From Zygnema circumcarinatum SAG 698-1b (lineage: Eukaryota; Plantae; Zygnematophyceae): 64,000 bases of DNA. The DNA lies in NCBI GenBank assembly GCA_037447605.1, contig CM074811.1, positions 1,240,001 through 1,304,000 of the forward strand, read 5' to 3'. Each line of letters opens with the position of its first letter. Within the stretch, counting starts at the first letter, position 1. The position numbers were made by a program, and so were the translations under genes. The notes beneath the pieces were generated by a model. It had not been told where the DNA came from. It made no database searches and was given only the letters and a program-made list of their open reading frames with translations. Positions 43,934 through 55,065 of this stretch are shown in pieces.

Positions 43934-44762
43934 TCCACGGGTCAACTCTTCAGAAAGTGCCAGCAGTTCTCCAGAAACTGCTGACCCTACTTCAACACCT
44001 GCAACATGCTAAGCTTGCCAAACACCCTAAGTTGCCATTTTAGGATCTGCCAAATGAAGGATTTGGAAATTGGGTTGTTTGATTAGAAAGTGATTTTCCA
44101 ATGGTGTCCTCTCCCTCTCCCTCTCCCTCTCCCTCTCCCCCTCCCTCTCCATCGCCCTCCCTGCGAGTGCCCACCGCTCCGAGTCCTTTGTCGCTCTCAA
44201 CGAACCCCTCCCTCCGGCGCCGCCGGCCTCGCCTTTGTACTTTTCCTGGCTGACATATTTTTTTTTCTCCACAGAACCAGTCACAGCGTACCATGTGTGC
44301 AATATGTACACGTGGCGATCTCTATTGGCTTCAAGTACCCCCAGCGTGGCAATCTCTGATTGGCTTAAAGTACCCCCGGTGACCACGTGTCTGGCCAATC
44401 TCAGGCAGGCGTCGCCAGGGGGCCGGGGAAGGGGCCACTGAATTCTGGCTCGTCTTGTTTCCTTTCTTTGTTCGTTTGTTTACTTACGGTATATTTACAC
44501 ACCTTTTTGGGCTAGATACACACCTTTTTCGCTGGTCAGATTTCATTCAGGATTCTAGGTTTTGGGGGTTTTGTTTAAGGTGTGTATCTACCCAAAAAAA
44601 GGTGTGTGAATTACAAATTCCTTGTTCTTTTGTTTATTTTCCTTCTTTTGTTTCTTTTCTTTCTGTTTCCCAGTGGACATGGCCGGCCTCCCACTCTTCT
44701 CGTTCCTCCTCTCGTGGCTATGGACGCACACTCGCCATGGGGCCAATGCAGGAGCTGCACTG

Positions 44763-44926
44763 CCAGTCCTACCAAGCGCTAATGACACAGAAGGATCACC
44801 TCAAAACCTTTATCAACACGCCTCGAAAGGCATGTTCTTGCGAGCCAATTACATCACCTTCGCAATAGTCTTTAGGGCTTTTAGGGTTTAAAAACCCTAA
44901 TCCTAACCCGGCAGACCACTGCCTAG
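44763..44926. repeat. Diverged direct repeat, copy 2, with telomere-like insert 44871-44909
   Basis: Aligns by eye to 41878-42017. Confidence 0.8.
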
Positions 44927-45170
44927 CCTATATGGTGAACATGCAACCGCTCAAAGGAGGCTCTCCTCTCAACTTCCACTCCTCTGTGAGCCCAAGCTTT
45001 TGGCCCCTGCAAGCGACTCGAGGAGGCAGATTACGATGCACGGCCGATGGCAAAACTTGATGCTTATATCCCTCTCTTTTTGAAAAACATAGCGCATCAT
45101 TGCCGAAAGCCTGCAATTTCTTTTAGGAAAAAAAAAAAATCTTCTATTGAATGAAGTTGACCGCGGAGCA

Positions 45171-45856
45171 TCAGTCCTCGTCCATTCCGATCGCCACATC
45201 GGGTAAGTTCCGAAAGTCCTCCTCCATGATTCCATTTCTGACTGCCACCGGGCCATGTGTTGGGGGGTCAAGGAACACTCTCATTCAAAGTAAGGAGCAA
45301 TCAGCATCGCGCTCTCTCTATTTCTATTATCTCTATTATTATTTCCAGTTCGCATTATGTACAGATTCACAGGAGAGGCAGAAAAAACTCTGAAAAAGGA
45401 TATCAAAAGGGACCCCTCCGTCCTCCTTTTGCCCTCGTGTGCGACTGTTTTGCAACTCTCTCTGAATTTCCGGCGTGACCTGCGTCACATGTGCAACCGA
45501 GCTGCTGTCAAACCAACTAAACAGGAAGAAGGAAAGACTGTTGAAAACTTCCAAGAGCAAAGTGACATTCTAAATGAAACCTTTGCCAGATTGTCTTCGT
45601 CCTTTACCAGAACCTGCTGCCCTCAATGAACAATATTCGCTTCTAAGCTTCTCCACAAACAACATTCCAAGGGAGTAGCTGCAAAGAAAAAAAAAAATCT
45701 CACAAGGTAATGCCGATGCTGCCGCATGATTCGCTTCAAATTCTCCTTATCTTCCTCACTCAGTTCGTTCTTATATCTGACCCCACAAATTTACTTCAAA
45801 AAATTTCAGATAAACACGTTGCCTCGGAGCCTTGCCACCCAGCATCAGAAAGCAAC

Positions 45857-45890
<34 letters not shown>

Positions 45891-48800
45891 TCCGGTAAAG
45901 CCCCACCTAAAACCTCTCTATCCAAGACCATTTCCTCCTCGTTTCAATCCCTTTGACAACACTTCTTTTTGCAAGATAGAAGAGGAGTGCCACCAACCGT
46001 TGTATGAAGGTAAGCAGACACTGATGCCAGATTACGGGCACCTCCGAATCCACCTCCGTGAAGCGCATGAAGTGGGCGACCAGGGAGTCGATGACCCTGT
46101 ACGGCAGAGCATACTTCTTGTCCAAAAGCAGCTTCATAAAGTACGAGTTTGTACCGGCATAGCGCATCTCCGCTATCTTCATCAGAGCCACACTGCTCGG
46201 AGGGGGGGTTGGGATTGAGATCACAATGCAAAGGTTAGTTCAAATGAATTAAGCTGCGGTGGATATGGAGAGAGATGTTCTCAGACCGGTCCTACGCTTC
46301 AAAACTCATCGCATTGGAATTTCTGAAGTTGAGGGAACAGATGTCGTGGGAGAGAATTCCAATGACAAAACTGACATTCTTCCTTGGTAAAAGTCATTCA
46401 AGCAACTTCTAAGTTGGTCTCGCCAATATGGCCCTGAGTTGGCAGTTGGAAGGTGCAGACATACTTTCAAAATCACAATGAAGCATGCTGAACTCTTTTA
46501 GACCTCGAGCAACACATGCTTATCAATAGCCGATATCAGCTTGAGGTTCAGTGGAAATCTCCTTACCTTGAATGGAGAACAGGAATGGACACCTTCTGAA
46601 GCACACTTCCAATAATAAATGCTTCGCGAAGATTACATGTTCGTGACTGCTCCACCAACAACACCCACACGTGAAACTGAAAATCTTAACGAATGTTCTC
46701 TACATCTCACAACCTTTCCCTTTGAAACTCCTTCCTCATGCCCTCTCTCTTTCATACTCTTTCAGTTTCAGCACAGGGAACAGCAGGTGTACCTGGCAAA
46801 GCGGAAGCAGGAGCCCCTTATAGAAAGCAGACGGCTTATAGACTGCCTTTTTGAGTGCCTGGTAAAGTGCAAAATGTAAACGCTTGTGAAGTTTGATATC
46901 GAGTCGGATGCGAGGGAGAAGAACAAGGTTGTAGAACTGCTGAGCCATTCGAGCATTCAGATTCGATGCAAACAGTCTTGTGGCTGCATAGACTGCATTT
47001 GGAGACCAATCTTCCGGAACTGTGAGCCATAGAATCTCCTCCCAATTGGAAAGTGACGGCACAATTTTGAAGGCTTTGGGAACCTTTCCCGCTTTGTAAC
47101 GTCTTAACAGCTTGCCCACCCTGCAGATGCAATTGAAGATGGGAAAAGAGACCATATAACTCACAAGTTCTTATTAGTATCGGACCGATGTTTGATTCCT
47201 GGCAAGTCCGCATTCAAGAAACTCACTTAGATGCCATCTTTAAGCCCCCCCTTTTGTAATCTTATTTTGATGAATCTTATCTTATCTTATCTTATCTCTA
47301 AGCGAGTTATTGGAAGAGGATTTCACCCTCTATAGACCTCCACTACTTTGCTGTCCACTCCCGTCAACGTGCGTTCCTCTGCAATCGCCAACACCATCAC
47401 AACCACTTTCAGAAACTCAGCGTTGAAATGAAATTTAGAAGATTGATGGCAAATATCTCCCTGGGTCCTCTCTCTAACTTAACAAATAGTGGGCAGCAAC
47501 ATTCTTGCCCATCAGCTTGCTTGAAGAAGAATATCTATGAAGGAAACATGCAAAGTCGAGGAATCAGATCATGCCTGAACTCTCTGCAGGGCCAATTCCA
47601 GCTTCCGTCTCCTTCTCTCTGATTTTCGCCATGATGATGTCAGCCAACGTTCTCTGTGGCACATCTTCTTGTGCCAAGAATCGAGCCATTATTTGCTCGT
47701 CCTCCTCTGTTACCTCTTCCTGAATTTTTTCAAAGCGGAATATAGCATTAGAATCACATACTTCTGCTTGAATTCTAAGGTCTTTCTGAGTACAATCTAA
47801 TCCCTACGAGCTGAATGGTTGATGATTAGAAGTCCGGGATCACAGGTTGGTTTTCATGACACCCCGTGAATAGCCTCAACACATAAACAGGTTGTTGCTT
47901 TGTTGAAAAGAACGTGCATATTCCACTGCATATTTCTCTGTATGTTGCAAAGTTTTACCCCCATCATCTCCTCATACTGGCTCTCCGTGTCTGAGTATGC
48001 TCGTTCGTCTTCCTCACTGTCACTATCTGCATCCCCTGTTCTCGCAATTGCCATTTCCGCTGCTGCAGAAAATGCTCGGCGGGCCGCTCCTTTTCCAGTT
48101 TCTTCATCTCTGAAGCCGAAGGAGATGAAGAAATGGAGCGATGAAGGATGAAAAAAAGGGTAATACTTGTCAGATACATCCCCCTGGTTTGAAAACATGC
48201 ATGAATTTCAGCGGCTGCAAGTTCAAAACATCGGGCAAAGTGGATAATTCCCCAATTACTCCAGAACTAAATTTCCCAGTCTGACTATCGCCGATAGGAT
48301 TCCTGGGAAACAAGTGTGATGGTTTTACCATACTATTCACGTCAAAAAAAAATATAAGACAAACGCACCTCTCAGCTTCAATTTCCTGTTGTTGTTGCCG
48401 GGCAACGCGAAGAATTCGCCCACTTACCCCTGGGTCCACATACTGATGCACAACAGAGTCCCGATAAATATGTTAATAGTTAATATGTTAATATTATAGC
48501 AAAGTCATCATAAAGTACTCAAGGTCCCAAAAACACGACATAAAAAAAGCAAAACCAACCTTGAAGTGCAAGAGGGTTGCAGCAAAGGTCTGACGGCAAT
48601 TTTCGAAGATAGGATCCCCAGAGCTCATGGAGTTACAGCACATTTCTTGAGCTTTTAAAAAATGTTCAAATGGGAGGGTGCCTGACGGAATAAGGCTTTC
48701 AGCTACCCTTATCTGGTAATAGAAGTCAGAAGAGCATAGTGTTGTTATCCAAAAAATACATGAACAAGGAGCACCACTCCAATTTTTAGTAGACCTTGTT

Positions 48801-49521
48801 CCTGAAAACCTAGTGTACTTTCAGTGCTTGCGCAACAAAGCGTTGATTTTATTTGCCTTGATTTTTCTAATGCAGACATGGTAGGACATACTGGCGTGTT
48901 TGAAGCCACAGTAAAAGCTTGTGAAGTAATAGACCAGTGTCTCGAAAAAGTAGTTAAGAAAAGCCCTAGAAAATAATTACACTACGCTGATCGTATCAGA
49001 CCATGGCAATGCCGATAAAATGCGCCTAAGTAAAGGAAGTTCAGAGCATGTTTGAACCGCATTATTTTTAAATAGATGCTTGGTAATGGTACTTTTGCCA
49101 ACGCCAGAGAGACCAGAGAATATGATAGCTTTATGTGACTATGCGACCTCTGTGGCATTTTGTATGGATTCTCACAGACGAACTCCAGCTGAGCGACATT
49201 TACAGCCTCTGGATGAACTCTAGTTTCTCTAGCGGCCTCCAATTCTAAACTCTTCAAACCAACATCCAGACATGCAGTCTGATCAATCAAGCAAGAAAAC
49301 CCCATTTCTGGACATTCGTCTTGAATTACATCTGCCCGTCGCATCAACTTTCATAATTAAGAACGCACGCCGCTTACCTCCTCTGCCTCCTGCCGTTGCC
49401 GAACTTTCTCACCGCGCCTCTTTACACTTCGCTCACTCATGAAGTCATCATCCATCTCCTGCTCCAAAGTAGCGCCATGCTTCTCTTTCTTGGCATCAGC
49501 AGGCCTCTTCTTCGGCTTCAT
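45171..49521 (-). CDS. BYSL: Bystin (ENP1, 40S biogenesis factor)
   Basis: [124 protein letters not shown], ..[18 protein letters not shown]. Confidence 0.93.
48842..49025 (+). pseudogene. gpmI: Fragment of bacterial-type 2,3-bisphosphoglycerate-independent phosphoglycerate mutase, 1-nt frameshift, antisense in bystin intron 1
   Basis: Translates as [40 protein letters not shown], then (+1 shift near 48962) [21 protein letters not shown]. Both iPGM metal-binding motifs, DMVGH and DHG, are present with the expected spacing. Confidence 0.85.
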
Positions 49522-50097
49522 TCTGCCTTTTACAGCAAAGTCGCACTCTCCCACTGTGCAATTAACCCTGTACCGGTTATCCAAGAACTGTAACCCTAAA
49601 CCTGCAACCCTGACCTGCTCCGCAACTTCCTCTGCAGAAAGCAGCAGAGCTTTGCAGCTCTGAAAACCCTAAATTTCCCCCTCGAAGCCTCCTTTACAGC
49701 AGCAATCCACGCACTCCCTCCCTCTCTTCCAAAGCCGCTCAGAGAAACCTTGGACTGCCAAATTTAGGGCTCCCTGTGTAGCCGCCGCACACAAATTAGA
49801 GCGTTCTAGTTCCACGGAATCCCGTAAAACAAAGCATTATCTCAGTTACGAAATTCCGTTTCAGCTGTCGAATTCCAATAATGTAGAAAAATACCGTAAT
49901 TATCAAGTTGCATGCGAAGTCCCGTAGAGATAGTTCCCGTGATACTGAAAAATAGAACGGTGAACGGTCAACAGGTTCCATGCTGGGGCCAGCCGCTTTT
50001 CCTCTTATCCCCGAGTGCGGGGCGCAGAGCTCCACGTGCTCCTTTCTGGCTGACTGGCAGCCATAGCCGGGAGGCTGCCACTGGAGCTGCCGCAGCC
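49522..50097. promoter_or_regulatory. Bidirectional promoter region bystin / plastid RPL34 with telo-box
   Basis: Divergent ATGs about 575 bp apart; AAACCCTA near 49664-49671 and a variant near 49591. Confidence 0.55.
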
Positions 50098-50893
50098 ATG
50101 GCTGCCGCCGCCATCTCGAGCCTCTCCTGCTCTGCACGCATGGTGAGTGCGCCTGCTCTTTCCGCATGCAAGGGAGTCCTCCGGGGAGGACACGTGTCGC
50201 TTCAGGCCGCTCGGTCCGCCTCTTCTCTCTGCCAGAGCGCCTTCATTTCTTCTAAGCCTGTGGGAGGATTCGCCAACGCTCTTGCTGGTGAGTGAGAGGG
50301 TGGTCAGGCTTATGTGGCCGTCGGAAGGCCGTTTTTTCCTGCATAGGTTGTTGCGTTTGAGTCGGCATTTCAGGACCATGGGGGTTCAGTGGAAGGAAAG
50401 GGCGTTGTAAATGAATCTGGTGACTGAATTCTGGCAGTATCCTGTGATTCCTGGTGGAATTAGGATTTTTAGGGTTTGCAGAGAGATGTGTTGGCACTGG
50501 TTCTAGTTTTGGCAGCATATGAGCGATCCAAAAGCCGTGAATCGCAGGTATTTCAGGTTTCCAGATGATTACTTGTTGTAAGCTCCATTCTTTCTTTGTA
50601 TGAATGTCTCTGATGTGGCTATGTCTCATGCAGGCACCGCATTCCGCCCGTCTCTCCAAGGCGTCGTTCTGCCTGTGAACCGCGGTGCACGCCTAATTGT
50701 TAGGGCGGGAGGTACTGCCATGGCTTGCACAAAGCGCAATGCCTCGCGCAAGAAGAGAGCAAAGGTTCATGGCTTCCGCGCTCGCATGAGCACCACATCA
50801 GGAATTGCAGTTCTCAAGCGCAGGCGGGCCAGGGGCAGGAAGGTCCTCTGCACTCAAACTCACTCTCCAACAGGCAAGAGGCCACCACTGTAA
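50098..50893 (+). CDS. RPL34: Plastid 50S ribosomal protein L34 with transit peptide
   Basis: Ser/Ala-rich N-terminus [15 protein letters not shown]; last exon [40 protein letters not shown] is the bL34 signature. Confidence 0.92.
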
Positions 50894-51717
50894 GGTTTCA
50901 GGAATGAGCACACTGCCTCGCACAAGCAGTCAGAGCAAGCAAGGGGAGACTGCAGGAGGAACTTGTATCTTTGAGGAGGTCATAGATAGGTAGATAGGCG
51001 GATAATGATAGCCAGGAGAAGAAGATGCTGGCGGCAGTTTGATATTTCTTTTCCTTCTGGGTTTTTTGGAGGAAGCCCTTGTGCCTCGCAGTAGTGCTGC
51101 AGTGCTTCTGAAAATTCATTGTTCTATGCCGCCAATTACACATGGAGCAGCTGCGAACACATGTCGGATATTTAAAAAGCCTTAACTAGGATCGGGTGTT
51201 TCGACGAGGAGCACATGCTTGCCCTAACTGTGAAAAGGCCCTTTTTAATGTTTTGGCTCTAAGCAGTCAATTCGCCCTTACAATTCTACATGGAAGAATG
51301 CGTAGTGCAGGCCTCCAATGGATGAATTTGGGCAGAGTGAAGGGGATGGAGATGGGCACTTCTTGGGTCTCTTTACTCTTTTGGAAATCAGACCCGTCTG
51401 TCATCACCCACCCTATCGTCAAAGGTGTATTGATAATGCAAAATTAAGCTTACATATCCATCATACAAATGTAAATTGTTGATAGTTTTCCTTTCTATTG
51501 TCTAAATGTCTAAAATTGTCCTGAAGTGGGGCATTCGAGGGGCGCTCCATGGTCATAAAATCTGAATGAACATTCTCAAATGAATCTTTTGGCTGACTGC
51601 TTAACTACCCAATCCAGCATTCCCATTTTTAGAACATGCTGCCTCTCCGACATCACTTAACACGCGTTACCTTCTTTTAGAATCCTTCCTAGAAGTCCCA
51701 TTATCCCATCGGTCCAT

Positions 51718-51797
51718 CATGCCCATGCCCATGCCCATGCCCATGTCTATGCCCATGCCCATGTCTATGCCCATGCCCATGCCCATGTCCATGCCCA
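51718..51797. repeat. (ATGCCC)n hexanucleotide repeat
   Basis: Direct observation. Confidence 0.85.
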
Positions 51798-52125
51798 TCA
51801 TTGTACGGGCGGTTCCTTCCAGAAGCAACGGTACCCCTCGCTTTCCATGCGGTCGCAAGTAACGGCGAACTGCACACATGGAGCCACCCCCTCGCGCGGA
51901 CCCATCCGGCATTTTTCCTTCCCGTCTTCCTGTAATTGCTCTGCTTCCCCCTCGGCTGCCCCTCCGGCTTCACCTCCTCCAGAAAAGCCGAGCGAGAGAA
52001 AGATTAGGGTTGGCGGAAGGATTAGGGCTGAGGGCGGTTGTGTGGACCCTATTCTGGGCGTGCAGACTTGGAAGGTGCTTGCCGCTAATCTCCCTGAGTC
52101 GGAGGGGAACCATCTGTCAAGAGCC

Positions 52126-54333
52126 ATGAGCTTTCAGGACTTTCAGGAGGATGGTTTGCCTATGCGAGGGCCTCCTCGGAGCCATGGCGCGGAAATAAGC
52201 CAGGCTTTAGCAGCAGGAGTGTTCCATATGAACACACAAGTTGCAAGCTTTCGGCGTCTGATCAACTCGTTGGGGACGCCCAAGGACACGCCCGCACTCC
52301 GCGAGAAACTGTAAGCCGTCTCTGCCCTCGGTTTGTTCTTTACTGGCTTGAATAAATATAATATGGCGCGTATATGCAGAGAGGTTGTGCTGACTATTTT
52401 TAATAGGGCGGATGATTGCGAGAGTGGGATGACTACGTTTTGCACACGCCTTCGTATGGTCTCTCTTTGGTCTTTGTAGTATTGATGAGCAGTTTTTTTG
52501 TCTCTCTCCACATATCCTCTGCAACAGGTATAAACTGCGACAGCAGCTTGCACAGCTGGCCAAAGAGACGTCTGCAAAGCTGAAGGACGCGCAGGAGTCC
52601 GATCACACTAAGGGCGTACCCGTATGTTATATTTCATAACCTGTCTGGGAGCTGGGAATTGGCTTGGGCGGACTGAGGGGATTTTGATGCTTAGAGCATG
52701 TGGTTGCGATACCTTCCTATTTCGCCCTTTTTTGCAAGAGCTCCATTTGTCGCAGTTCCAGAGGTGTAATTATCGCTTTGTTTTGTGCTGTGCAGACGAG
52801 CAAACAGCTTACGGATGCAAAACTCGCGAGAGATTTCCAGGCAGTTTTGCGGGATTTTCAAACTGCTCAACGCCAAGCTGCTGAACGTGAAGCCCAGTTT
52901 TCCCCCATTGTATCACACTCGTGAGTTCTGTTCATTTTACACTCGCCTGACTACATCAAAACAACTGAAGCAAGTGCAAGGATGCACTACGGAGATGGTT
53001 TTAAACTGTCATCTATATTTTGGGAAGTATTTTGAGATATTGGCAGTTATTTGACGTGAATATGTGAAACGGTCGTTCTTGACTCGTGAGAAGGATTCGT
53101 TGGATTGCAGAGCCAATGAGAATGGCGAGATGTCCTCAAGGCTGCAAGAGAAGCAGCCATTGAATGCCGAGCAAAGAAGGTGAGCCCTTATTTCTCTTAC
53201 CTTTTTTTTGTTCCTTGATGATCTAGTAGAACTGCAAAGTCAATCTGATGATTGCATTCATTTTTGGAAAATTTAATGATGAGATCGGCGAGAGGTCATT
53301 GGATAACCAGTTACAGTTGGCAGGCGTTAAGAACGCAATCATGGTAAGAGTTGACGAGGTCTTGCATATTGGTACAATGGCAGACAAGAGATGCTGCTAG
53401 TGGAGAACGAGGTGGTGTACAATGAGGCAGTTATTGAGGAGAGAGAGCAGGGAATTCGAGAGATACAGCAACAGATTGGCGAAGTCAATGAGATTTTTAG
53501 AGACCTTGCTGTCCTTGTGAACGATCAAGGGCACATGATTGGTAAGTACCTTGCCCTTCTTCTAGTTTGTGACCAGCTCATTTTGGAAAGTAAGGAGTTG
53601 CTTTGTCAAAGCTTAGTTGTTACGCGAAAGCAACTGCTCAAGCACTACTGTAACACACTTTTTCTTGACCTTCACTGCATGGTGAGATCGCAAGTTGAAA
53701 CAGAGATAGTAAAGACTTATGTGGATCTGATATACTGCATAATCAAACCAATGGAGGTTCTAACTGATGAACGAGCCAAATTTACAGTAATATGCTTTCT
53801 AGTGGTCAAGCCTCACTGGGAAGGTGAACTCTTGCATTTCTGTGTGAACTCTGCATCATTCTCCTGCAATGTGTCTCTTGTAGGTTGTTGCACTTCTACT
53901 GCACTTCTTCACTGTAGGGTAAGTTTTAAGGTTTGGACGGAGGTTAAGCTAGCCTGGCAAGCCGAATGTACATTTGTGGTTCTAACATGTTTTGTGGTGT
54001 TATATTCGTGCAGACGACCTCGAAGCTAATGTTGAAAAATCAAAGACCAATGCCCAGCAATCCAATCGGCATTTGATTGGAGCAGTCAAGAGGCAACGGA
54101 GCACAAACTCTCTGGTCAGTGATCCGACCATCCTTCAGGCAGCTATGATGAAAGGCGAGGCAGAAGCTTGTACTGAACGCCCTTATTCTTTACATACAGT
54201 CTTGTGCCTTCCCTTCTTTGGTGAGTGAGCCTTCAAGACTTAACACATCGATACTTTCTTTTTGCAGACGTGCTGGATAATGGTGGTATTCGCTGTCGGA
54301 ATCATTATCTTCTTCCTCATCATGTCATCCTGA
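52126..54333 (+). CDS. Syntaxin of plants 2 family Qa-SNARE (SYP22/VAM3-like), 7 exons
   Basis: MSFQD start; [14 protein letters not shown]; [16 protein letters not shown]; [52 protein letters not shown]; C-terminal [23 protein letters not shown]. Confidence 0.92.
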
Positions 54334-55065
54334 GCCTCTGCCAGGGTTCTTTTCCGGCCGTTCATATATCTGCTATGGAGCTTCCATCTTCCCCAAGTAA
54401 CGCATTGCATACGGCCACATCTTGGAAATGTTTACAAGCACAAGCAGCACGAGCCTTGTTATGGCTTTAGAGAAAAGCCGGATGGGGCGGGGTGGTCATG
54501 TGGAAGCTCGTTAAGCGGTCTCTTGGAGTTTCCTAGAAAGAATTATACATAGCTTTTGCAGAACTTGTCAAAGCAGGGGTCTCATTATTCGGAAGCATCA
54601 CTGTATAGGCGCTCGACTGAGGCACGTAGTGGGAGGCTTAGAACTGGGATACCATCTCTACCTCTCGCCGTGGAAGAATCCTCCGTTCCGGGGCCAGGTA
54701 GGGTGAGGTCGGTGAAGAACTTCACCTTTTCTGGTGCCTGGAACTTGTGTAATTTGTAACACCATTTTTTTCTGATGTTTTCTATCACATAGGCTCACTT
54801 GAGGCGAACGATAGGGCGTCTCTCAACATGGAAATGATGATGGATTGTGGATGTGAAAAATGATGATGACATAAACTCAGGGTGGCATGGATGAATGGAT
54901 GCATGGAAAAAGACTAACAACAAAAGCGTGCCTGGAGGCTGAGTTCTCATTACATACAGAGGGAGGGCTACAAAGGTTGAACAAAAGGGGCCTGCTTGTT
55001 CTTAAGGCAAGGCACTGAGATGAGACCACATACTGCCTTGTATGTGGGACGAGAGGGGAGAAACG

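Noticed and set aside
48982-49347. 121-aa minus-strand ORF in bystin intron 1 next to the gpmI fragment
   Set aside because: No recognisable family, and it partly overlaps the gpmI relic antisense. It should be included in the same homology search.
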